From Candidatus Aminicenantes bacterium (lineage in GTDB: Bacteria > Acidobacteriota > Aminicenantia > Aminicenantales > UBA8522): a stretch of DNA of 64,000 nt. The notes beneath the pieces were generated by a model. It was not told where the DNA came from, ran no database searches, and saw nothing but the letters and a program-made list of their open reading frames with translations. This document shows, piece by piece, positions 17,850-26,009 of the stretch (within the stretch, counting starts at the first letter, position 1; every line of letters starts with the position of its first letter). The position numbers and the translations under genes were made by a program. The stretch covers positions 25,494 to 89,493 of the forward strand of contig JBBILQ010000001.1 in NCBI GenBank assembly GCA_037444845.1, read 5' to 3'.

Positions 17850-20800
17850 ATGAGAAGAATAGCCACGATATTCTTAATTTGCATCCATTGCTTTTTCTTA
17901 GGTTTTCAAACCCTGGAAACCGTGGAAAGCGTTGGGGTCTGGGAGGATAAATTGATCATCCCGACCTACGAAGTATGTGCCGACAATCCGTATCCATGGT
18001 TCAATGAATGGAAAAGCGACGCGCCAATCTACCCTTATCCTTTCAAGGACTGTATGTCGTGGAAGAAGACCGAAAAAGAATACATCACGCTTGTCCTTGA
18101 AAACGAGTATCTTCGCGTTATTGTTTTGCCCGAAATTGGAGGTCACCTGTATCGGTTCGTTGACAAGGTCAACAACAGAGACATCATTTATACCAACCAT
18201 GTCATTAAGCCTGGTTACTTCGGTGTGCGCGGCGGGTGGTGCTCGGGAGGTTTTGAGTTCAACTTTCCAAAGGCACATTCTCCGACCACTATCTCACCTA
18301 TTGACTATGCCATACGGTCTAATCCTGACGGAAGTGCCTCTATTATCGTTGGGGACCTGGAAAGAATGTATCGAATGAAGTGGCAGGTTGTTCTGACTTT
18401 GCATCCAGGCAAGTGCTTTCTGGAGCAGGAGGTAACGCTGCACAATCGGACGCTTCTGCCGCACCGATATCACTGGTGGACAATTGTAGCAATGCACCCC
18501 AATGATAACACACAGGTCATATTTCCATCGGCGCGAATTATAAACCATCCCCAGGAATACATTATCACCTGGCCAATATGGATGGGGAGAGACAACAGCT
18601 TGTACAAGACTTTGCACCATCGTTTTGGCTCTGACTGGTCAATGCTCGAACCTTGGGATGGCTTCTTTTGTTATTATGACCATGGCATTGATGCTGGGCT
18701 GGTGCACGTCGCTAACAAACACGTGCTGGGAGGAACAAAGTACTTCTCGTATGGTAACACCACATCGGGAAGGTTCCATTCTGCCTACGTCATGTCGGAC
18801 GAGGACGGTCCCTACGACGAGATCGATAGTGGTCTCTTCTTGACTCAGGCCGACCACGAGATCTTCGAGCCTCTCGGTGTAAGGCACTGGCGTGAGTATT
18901 GGTATCCGGTGAATGGGACCCAAGGGCTCATAAAGGCCACAAGGGATGCCGCTTTGAATGGATGGAGAGATGGCGATCAGATCAATGTTGCATTGAACGT
19001 GAATTCCCTGCTGGAGGAGGGACGGATAATAGTTAAGACTGGTGAAGTGACGGCTATTGACGAGAGCTTTTCCCTCTCACCAGGAAAGGCCTATCAAAAG
19101 AAGGTCATGGCACCCTACGGTAGACTGTCGGTGGCTGTGACTGACTCCCAAGGCGAAGATATCTTGCGCTTCGCCGAGACTCCAATCGATGAAAGCAGCC
19201 TACCACCGGAAGGTCCGGTTTTAAAAAGGGAAAAAGATATCGAGGACATGAGCGTTGAAGAGGCTTGCCTGGCAGGGATATCTGCGCTGCGAGAGGAGAA
19301 ACCGTGGGAAGCACAGAAGTTTTTCAAGGGAGCCTTGAGGAAAGATCCTGGCCACTCTGCCGCACATTTGCAACTTGGTATTATCTACCTGAACCAGGGT
19401 TTGTGGAATGAGGCGGCGTCAGAGCTGAGGGCCGCGCTCAAGAGAAATCCCATGCAGGGCATGCCGCACTACTATCTGGGAGTGCTCCACAAGCTGATAG
19501 GCAACATGGGGCAGGCTGTTAACGACTTCTGGAAGGCAGCAAGATACACTGATGGGTACGGGAAAGCACACCATTGTCTCGGTCAAATCGCTCTTGCTGA
19601 AGCTGACTTTTTCAAAGCCATAGAGCATTTCCAAAACGCGCTTAAGGTAAACAGCCGCTCGGCAGAGACACAGGGATTTTTAGGGGCTGCGTACAGGAAA
19701 TCCGGCTGCTTCGAAGATGCTCAGGAAACAATCAAACTCATACTTCAAGACCAGCCCATTGATCACCTCGCGGCTTTCGAAGCATATCTACTTTCCAAGA
19801 AAGCCCACGAGAATGAAGAAGAGACGCTTGCGGCATTCCGTAAGCTGATGCGTGGCTGCGTCCACTCGTACATGGAGCTGTCGTGGACCTATGCAAATTG
19901 TGGGATGTATCAGGAGGCAATTGAGGTTTTGGATGACATTGTAAAAAGAGGTAAAGATGAACTCTATCCGATGTGTTACTATCAACTGGGCTATCTCTAC
20001 AGGAGAATCGGTGATGAGCAAAGAGCCGCAGTGCTGTATAGGATGGCGCGCTCAGCAAAAGATTGGCGATACGTATTTCCCAATCGTCTTGAGGAAATGT
20101 TGGTTCTGGAGGATGTGCTCAGCCATCAGCCAGATGACTACGGTGCGCGGTATGCCTTAGGGAACCTGCTGTCCTCTCGCTATCGATATCAGCACGCTAT
20201 AAAAGAGTGGGAAGCAGCCGCAGCATCAGCTGAAGCTGCAACAAAAGCCGATCGGCAGCGTCATGGCGCATGCCTGACCGCGCTTTATCGAAACCTTGCA
20301 TTTTTGCATTGGAAGAAAGAGAAAAAGATTGATAAGGCCATTTCCTATTATCGTGAAGCCATTGAATATGCACGCGGGCATTTCCAGTGCTGGGTAGAGC
20401 TTGCCCAGTTGTATAAGGAGGTAGAAGGTACCGACGAGGCTATCGCTGTGCTTGAATCTGGTCTGCGTGGGGTGACAAGACCGGCGGAGTTGGCTCTGGC
20501 ATTAGCTCCCCTGTATTTCGAGAGGAAGCAATACGACCGGATCATCGATATGCTGCCGAAGTACAAAAATGATGATTGGAAATCGCTGGAGGCACAGCGA
20601 TGGGTAAGGCGGGCGCGTCTTGAGAAAGGCAAGGCCTCCTTCAAGGCAGGTAAATTCGAGCAAGCGCTGAAAGAATTCTCAAAGGCAACAAAGATTTGCC
20701 GGGAGAACATACCCGTGCAAAACCTGCTGGTGCGCGAATTTGCCGAGATCCACTGGTGGGCGGGAAACACATATGCCAAGATGGGCAAACCCGATGAGGC

Positions 20801-21140
20801 AAGGAAGTGTTGGGCAGAAGTTGAGCTGGAGTGGCATGAACAGATATCACCTCTCAACTTCTACAAGGCAAAATGCCTCCAGGCTATTGGAAAGCATGCC
20901 GAGGCCGAGAAATTGCTCCGGGAGATGCTATTCTTTGGTGGAATGTATGCAAATCGCTACCCCCACAAGGGAGAAGATGCTAAGACGAGAATTGGCATGT
21001 ATAAATACCTGCAGGCACTCGCATACGAAGGGTTAGGCATGCAAGATGAAGCCACCAGACTCTATAACGAAGTATTGCAACTGATACCTGAACACGAGGA
21101 GGCCAAGGAGAAATTGCAAGTGGAAGCGCTAAAGAAGTAG
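17850..21140 (+). CDS. Large secreted protein: N-terminal mutarotase-like/DUF5107-type domain plus multiple C-terminal TPR repeats
   Basis: RBS GGAGG at 17841; signal peptide MRRIATIFLICIHCFFLGF; C-terminal half rich in TPR-like 34-aa repeats (e.g. AAHLQLGIIYLNQGLWNEAASELRAALKRNP). Confidence 0.65.
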   Translation: MRRIATIFLICIHCFFLGFQTLETVESVGVWEDKLIIPTYEVCADNPYPWFNEWKSDAPIYPYPFKDCMSWKKTEKEYITLVLENEYLRVIVLPEIGGHLYRFVDKVNNRDIIYTNHVIKPGYFGVRGGWCSGGFEFNFPKAHSPTTISPIDYAIRSNPDGSASIIVGDLERMYRMKWQVVLTLHPGKCFLEQEVTLHNRTLLPHRYHWWTIVAMHPNDNTQVIFPSARIINHPQEYIITWPIWMGRDNSLYKTLHHRFGSDWSMLEPWDGFFCYYDHGIDAGLVHVANKHVLGGTKYFSYGNTTSGRFHSAYVMSDEDGPYDEIDSGLFLTQADHEIFEPLGVRHWREYWYPVNGTQGLIKATRDAALNGWRDGDQINVALNVNSLLEEGRIIVKTGEVTAIDESFSLSPGKAYQKKVMAPYGRLSVAVTDSQGEDILRFAETPIDESSLPPEGPVLKREKDIEDMSVEEACLAGISALREEKPWEAQKFFKGALRKDPGHSAAHLQLGIIYLNQGLWNEAASELRAALKRNPMQGMPHYYLGVLHKLIGNMGQAVNDFWKAARYTDGYGKAHHCLGQIALAEADFFKAIEHFQNALKVNSRSAETQGFLGAAYRKSGCFEDAQETIKLILQDQPIDHLAAFEAYLLSKKAHENEEETLAAFRKLMRGCVHSYMELSWTYANCGMYQEAIEVLDDIVKRGKDELYPMCYYQLGYLYRRIGDEQRAAVLYRMARSAKDWRYVFPNRLEEMLVLEDVLSHQPDDYGARYALGNLLSSRYRYQHAIKEWEAAAASAEAATKADRQRHGACLTALYRNLAFLHWKKEKKIDKAISYYREAIEYARGHFQCWVELAQLYKEVEGTDEAIAVLESGLRGVTRPAELALALAPLYFERKQYDRIIDMLPKYKNDDWKSLEAQRWVRRARLEKGKASFKAGKFEQALKEFSKATKICRENIPVQNLLVREFAEIHWWAGNTYAKMGKPDEARKCWAEVELEWHEQISPLNFYKAKCLQAIGKHAEAEKLLREMLFFGGMYANRYPHKGEDAKTRIGMYKYLQALAYEGLGMQDEATRLYNEVLQLIPEHEEAKEKLQVEALKK

Positions 21141-21223
21141 GTCAAAGGGTCGGCAAAACGCGGGTCGGAGCGCACGTGGTCGAATCCGGCGCTCAAAACG
21201 CGCTGATGCTCTGAGAAAGGAGT

Positions 21224-21802
21224 TTATCTTCGGTATTTCCCCATGAGCTGGCCCTGGGCCAGGATGTGCCCTTCCATGGCTTTGAGGAGCTCAGCTTTGG
21301 TTGCGCCGGCCGGAAGGTTGAGGACAGCGTCCAGAGCATACAGCTTGAAAAAATACCGGTGCGTTCCGCCCGGCGGACAGGGGCCGCCATAACCAATACG
21401 GCGAAAGTCGTTCCGGCCTTGTTTAGCGCCGTTCTTGAGTTCCCTGTCTGGCGGGATTGCTTCGGGAAGCCCTTTCTCAGTTGCCGGCAGGTTGAAAAGC
21501 ACCCAGTGGACCCAGGTGCCCATGGGTGCGTCCGGGTCATCGGAGATAAGAGCAATCGTCTCGGCACCTTCCGGCACTCCTGTCCAGGAAAGTGGCGGAG
21601 AGACATCCTCGCCGTCACACGTGTATTTGCGGGGAATCATCCCGCCTTCCTCAAATGCCGTGCTCGTGATTTTAATGTCCATGTTGCCTCCTCCCATTAA
21701 AAGAGAACCCCTGATTATCCCTTCCTCGGGCGAAGCCATGGCTTGAGCCATGATGCCAGAGAGGAAGAGTACCAAAAAAAGAATCGGTCGGCTTAACTTC
21801 AT
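21224..21802 (-). CDS. YbhB/YbcL-family (PEBP / Raf-kinase-inhibitor-like) periplasmic protein
   Basis: Signal peptide; SPPLSW, DPDAP..GTWVHWVLFN and YGGPCPPGGTHRYFFKLYALD motifs typical of bacterial PEBP. Confidence 0.85.
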   Translation of the reverse strand: MKLSRPILFLVLFLSGIMAQAMASPEEGIIRGSLLMGGGNMDIKITSTAFEEGGMIPRKYTCDGEDVSPPLSWTGVPEGAETIALISDDPDAPMGTWVHWVLFNLPATEKGLPEAIPPDRELKNGAKQGRNDFRRIGYGGPCPPGGTHRYFFKLYALDAVLNLPAGATKAELLKAMEGHILAQGQLMGKYRR

Positions 21803-21924
21803 CTCGGACCTCTTGCTTGGAGTCTGTTAACCTAAGGTCTCTTTTCTATTTTCTCACTCTCTGTAAAGGGCGTCAATGACATCTTGTAAAAAATGAGGCA
21901 AAATACTAACCTATTAGAGAATTT

Positions 21925-23700
21925 TTGGCGGTGAGCATGGCCTGCACGATCAGAGTTCCCTCGCACCGAAAGACGATCCTCGCCCAGAAAGGTGAGGTGC
22001 TGGCAGAGGTTCTCCGGCGGGCGGGCATCCCCCTTGTTCTTTTCTGCAACCAGCGCGGCCTGTGCGGAAAATGCTCTGTCGAGGTCATCAAAGGCAAGCT
22101 GCCCGCGCCCGCAGAAAAAGAAAAATTCTTGTGGAAACAAAAGATCCTCTCAAGGAATCAGCGGCTCTCCTGCCTGTTTGAAATCAAAAGCGACCTCGAA
22201 ATCGGCGTTCCTTTTCGCTCGACAGTCCAGGAAGTGCCGATCCTCCCCGCCCTTAAGCGAACCTCCGTCTCGATCTACCCGGCTGTGAAAAAGTATGTCC
22301 TCGGGATACCCCGGCCTCGAATCTCCTCCCCAGAGTCTCTTTTTGAGCTTCTTCTCGACGGCCTTGGTGAGAAACACTTGAAGGTTTCGCCATCGCTGCT
22401 CGGAGAGCTCGCTTCGATGCTGGAAAAAGCGAAATACAAAGTGGTTGTTATCATTCACCGCGATAAAGAAATCATTGACCTCCGGCCAGCAACAGAAGAC
22501 TCCCCCATCTTCGGTCTGGCCATTGACGCAGGGACGACGACTCTGGTCATGGAACTTGTCGAGCTCGACAGCGGAAAAACAGTGGACAGCCAGGCCGCTT
22601 TTAACGCACAGGCGAGCCGCGGGGCGGATGTCATCTCCAGGATAACCTATGCCCTGTCCGGACAAGAGAAGGCAGGAGAGCTCAGGACTCTGGTCCTGAA
22701 CACTCTCAACCGCATGATCAGCCAGGTTCTCGAGAGAAATAATATTTTGCCCTCCTCCGTCTATGAAATCGTCGTCTCCGGGAACACGGTCATGAATCAT
22801 CTCCTCCTGGGCGTTCCAGTCCATTCTCTCGCTGTGGCGCCCTATCAGGCTGTTTTTTCCCGTCTCCCCTATTTCTCAGCTCAGGAGACCGGTTTCGCTG
22901 TCCACCCCGAGGCCAGAGTTTATGTCTCTCCTAATGTTAAAAGCTTTGTCGGAGGCGATATAGCCTCAGGCCTCTTGGCTTCGCGATTGGACAGACTGAA
23001 GGGAAATTTTCTGTTCATCGACCTGGGCACGAACGGAGAGATCGCGCTCAAGACAGGCAAGAGTCTTATCGCCACCTCAACAGCCGCCGGGCCGGCGTTT
23101 GAAGGGATGAACATCAGTTGCGGCATGCCGGCTCTGGCCGGAGCCGTTTATAAGGTAGAGGACGTTTCTGGTAAACTCAAACTCCGCGCTTTGGCCGGCA
23201 AGCCGGCCCGGGGAGTCTGCGGGACTGGCCTCATTGACCTCATCGCCATCTTCCTCAAAAGAGGAGAGATTTCCCCTCGGGGAGCCATCCTGAACAGAGA
23301 GAAGCGGCTTCATATCGCCAAGGGGATTTCTCTCACTCAGGATGATATCCGGCAGGTTCAGCTTGCTTGCGCCGCCATCAAGACCGGCATCCGGCTAATG
23401 CTCAAACGGAATGGCCTCCGGGAAGCTGAGCTTGACGGCGTTTACATCGCCGGCGCTTTCGGCAATTACCTCAACATCGAGAACAGCATGAGGATCGGAC
23501 TCCTGCCAAGCATCGAGGAGCGCAGGGTTATATTCGTCGGGAATTCTTCTCTGGCTGGAGCCAGGCAATTGCTTGTTTCCTTGAAGGAACGGGAAAGAGT
23601 GGAATCGCTGATCAAGAAAGTCAGCTATCGAACGTTAGCCTCCGACCCGCTTTTTCAGGATCATTTTGTCAAAGCCCTTGAGTTGAAGAGCTGGCCGTAA
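21925..23700 (+). CDS. RACo-type corrinoid reductive activase (2Fe-2S ferredoxin domain + ASKHA/DUF4445 ATPase domain)
   Basis: N-terminal plant-type [2Fe-2S] motif CNQRGLCGKCSV (C-x4-C-x2-C...C), long ASKHA-like C-terminal domain; immediately upstream of corrinoid protein and MttB-family genes. Confidence 0.75.
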   Translation: MAVSMACTIRVPSHRKTILAQKGEVLAEVLRRAGIPLVLFCNQRGLCGKCSVEVIKGKLPAPAEKEKFLWKQKILSRNQRLSCLFEIKSDLEIGVPFRSTVQEVPILPALKRTSVSIYPAVKKYVLGIPRPRISSPESLFELLLDGLGEKHLKVSPSLLGELASMLEKAKYKVVVIIHRDKEIIDLRPATEDSPIFGLAIDAGTTTLVMELVELDSGKTVDSQAAFNAQASRGADVISRITYALSGQEKAGELRTLVLNTLNRMISQVLERNNILPSSVYEIVVSGNTVMNHLLLGVPVHSLAVAPYQAVFSRLPYFSAQETGFAVHPEARVYVSPNVKSFVGGDIASGLLASRLDRLKGNFLFIDLGTNGEIALKTGKSLIATSTAAGPAFEGMNISCGMPALAGAVYKVEDVSGKLKLRALAGKPARGVCGTGLIDLIAIFLKRGEISPRGAILNREKRLHIAKGISLTQDDIRQVQLACAAIKTGIRLMLKRNGLREAELDGVYIAGAFGNYLNIENSMRIGLLPSIEERRVIFVGNSSLAGARQLLVSLKERERVESLIKKVSYRTLASDPLFQDHFVKALELKSWP

Positions 23701-23741
23701 AGCCGGTTGGGCCGGCCCCCAGTTTAAAAGGAGGACTCAGG

Positions 23742-24404
23742 ATGAAGGAAGAAATGTTGGAAAAAATGGCCAGGGCCATTGTAGACGGGCAAAGAGCAGA
23801 AGCTGAATCCCTGGCCAGAGAAGCCGTTATGAACCGTCTGGACCTTCTTGAGGTCATCGAGAGAGGTTTTGTGCCCGGCATTCAGAAAGTCGGCGAACTA
23901 TGGGAAAAAGGAGACTATTTTCTGCCCGAGCTCATCAGCTCGGCCGAAAGCATGAAAGCCGCCATGGCCGTCATCCAGCCTGAGCTGCGCCGCGCCAAAA
24001 TCGACGCGCCATCCAAAGGAAAAGCAGTCATTGGAACAGTTGAAGGTGACATCCATGACATCGGCAAGAACCTCGTCGCTTCCATGCTCCAGGCCCACGG
24101 GTTTGAGGTCCATGACCTTGGCGCAGATATCAAGTTGGGAAAATTCATCGATAAGGCGCAGGAGACCAGGGCCGACTTTATCTGCCTGTCCGCGCTCCTG
24201 ACGACGACCATGCTCGGCCAGAAAAGGCTCATCGAGATGCTCAAAGCCTCAGGCCTGAGGGAACAGTTCATGGTGCTTGTCGGCGGAGCGCCTGTCACCC
24301 AGAGCTGGGCGGATGATATCGAAGCTGACGGCTACGCCGAGAACGCACTGGCTGCTGTCAGTCTTGCCGTCCGGCTGATGGAAAGGAAGCGGGCAAAAAA
24401 ATAA
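23742..24404 (+). CDS. Cobalamin-binding corrinoid protein (methyltransferase cognate, MtxC-like)
   Basis: 220 aa; B12-binding DxHxxG motif (GDIHDIGKN), N-terminal helical cap; typical size of MtmC/MtbC/MttC/MtgC. Confidence 0.85.
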   Translation: MKEEMLEKMARAIVDGQRAEAESLAREAVMNRLDLLEVIERGFVPGIQKVGELWEKGDYFLPELISSAESMKAAMAVIQPELRRAKIDAPSKGKAVIGTVEGDIHDIGKNLVASMLQAHGFEVHDLGADIKLGKFIDKAQETRADFICLSALLTTTMLGQKRLIEMLKASGLREQFMVLVGGAPVTQSWADDIEADGYAENALAAVSLAVRLMERKRAKK

Positions 24405-24419
24405 AGCAAGGGGAAAGCC

Positions 24420-25877
24420 ATGATCAAGCCAAAAAGACCGAAGCTCGAGCTTTTGACCAAGTCTTTTATCCAAAAAATCGTCGATGAGGCCTTTCTTCTT
24501 CTGGGAAGGCACGGGGTCTTTGTGGAAAACGAGGCGGCTCTGACTCTCCTTCGAGAAGGAGGAGCGGAAATAAACGAAACCACAAGACGCGTAAGATTAA
24601 GCGGTGGCCTGATTGAGGAGTGCCTTTCTTCCGCTCCCTCCACCATCACACTTTATGATAGGGCAGGCGAGAAGGAGTTTGTCGTCGGAGGGGATCAGGT
24701 TCATTTTGACCCCGGGTCAGCGGCCGTGACGATCCTCGACCATGCCACCGGGGCAGAAAGGAAGGCAGTGACTGATGACCTTGTCAAATTCTCCCGGTTG
24801 ACCGACTTGCTCACACATTTCCACTTCCAGAGCACGGGGCTTGTGAGCTCGGACGTGCCGGAAGAAATTGCCGATGTCTATCGCCTTTACATTTGCCTTC
24901 AGTATTCGTCCAAGCCCGTGGTCACCGGGACGTTTCGGGTGGAAGGATTCAAACCCATGTTCGACACGCTCGTGGCCATCAGGGGGAGCGAGGCAAACTT
25001 GGCTGAGAAGCCTTTGGCCATTTTCGACGCCTGCCCCTCCCCTCCCCTCAAATGGAGCAACCTCACAGCCCAGAGCCTCGTTGATTGCTGCCGCGCGGGA
25101 ATTCCCTCTGAGCTGATTTCTATGGGCATGACTGGTGCGACTTCGCCAGTGACGATAGCCGGTACGCTGGTCCAGCATGTCGCTGAAAACCTTTCCGGCC
25201 TGGTTATCGCTCAACTGGCCAAACCCGGCGCTCGTGTTATCTTCGGCGGCTCTCCCTCGAGCTTTGACATGCGGCGCGGCACGACACCCATGGGCGCTAT
25301 AGAGACGATGATGATCGATGTGGCCTATGCCCAGATCGGAAAATTCCTGAACTTGCCGACTCATGCGTACATGGGACTGAGCGACTCCAAGGTCAACGAT
25401 TTTCAGGCCGGGTTGGAAACCGGGATAGGCGCTGTGCTGGCTGCCCTTGCCGGCATTAACGTCGTCTCAGGACCCGGGATGCTCAATTTCGAGAGCTCGC
25501 AGAGCCTGGAAAAGCTGGTCATCGATAACGAAACCTGCGGCCTCGCTTATCGGCTTGCCGAGGGCATCTCCCAGCGCGACGAGCCGCTGGCTCTTGAGCT
25601 TTTTGATTCTCTGGGCAAGGAGATGCAGTTCCTGACTCTCCCCCACACGCGAAAATGGTACCGCCTCGAACATACGTTTCCGGCAGTTACCGACCGCGAG
25701 ACTTACGATGCCTGGGTGGCCATGGGCAAGAAAACAATGGCCGACCGTGCCGCTGAACGCGTCGAACAGCTTTTAAGAGAGAATCCGCCAGCCCTCCCCG
25801 ATCCAGCGATCGTCCAGGAGCTTCAGAAGATCATGCTCGTGGAAGCGCGAAAAGCCGGCCTCGAAAGACTCCCCTGA
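24420..25877 (+). CDS. MttB-superfamily (trimethylamine methyltransferase-like) substrate:corrinoid methyltransferase, non-pyrrolysine type
   Basis: 485 aa TIM-barrel-size protein with MttB-family similarity along length; ORF is uninterrupted (no in-frame amber), as in quaternary-amine (glycine betaine/proline betaine/carnitine) MttB homologs. Confidence 0.8.
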   Translation: MIKPKRPKLELLTKSFIQKIVDEAFLLLGRHGVFVENEAALTLLREGGAEINETTRRVRLSGGLIEECLSSAPSTITLYDRAGEKEFVVGGDQVHFDPGSAAVTILDHATGAERKAVTDDLVKFSRLTDLLTHFHFQSTGLVSSDVPEEIADVYRLYICLQYSSKPVVTGTFRVEGFKPMFDTLVAIRGSEANLAEKPLAIFDACPSPPLKWSNLTAQSLVDCCRAGIPSELISMGMTGATSPVTIAGTLVQHVAENLSGLVIAQLAKPGARVIFGGSPSSFDMRRGTTPMGAIETMMIDVAYAQIGKFLNLPTHAYMGLSDSKVNDFQAGLETGIGAVLAALAGINVVSGPGMLNFESSQSLEKLVIDNETCGLAYRLAEGISQRDEPLALELFDSLGKEMQFLTLPHTRKWYRLEHTFPAVTDRETYDAWVAMGKKTMADRAAERVEQLLRENPPALPDPAIVQELQKIMLVEARKAGLERLP

Positions 25878-26009
25878 TGTAAAAATTACTCAGCCGTCTT
25901 CAAGGATCGTCCGGCTGTTGAATATTTTATCTCTATTATGGTAATCATATTTTGAAACTCAACGTGTGAGTTCGAGTCTTTTTGGTCTGACCGGCCTGAC
26001 GAGGAACAG

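Noticed and set aside
24420-25877. Checked the MttB-family ORF for an in-frame amber codon (pyrrolysine)
   Set aside because: The 485-codon frame is uninterrupted, so this is a non-Pyl member; no pylTSBCD genes seen in the window.
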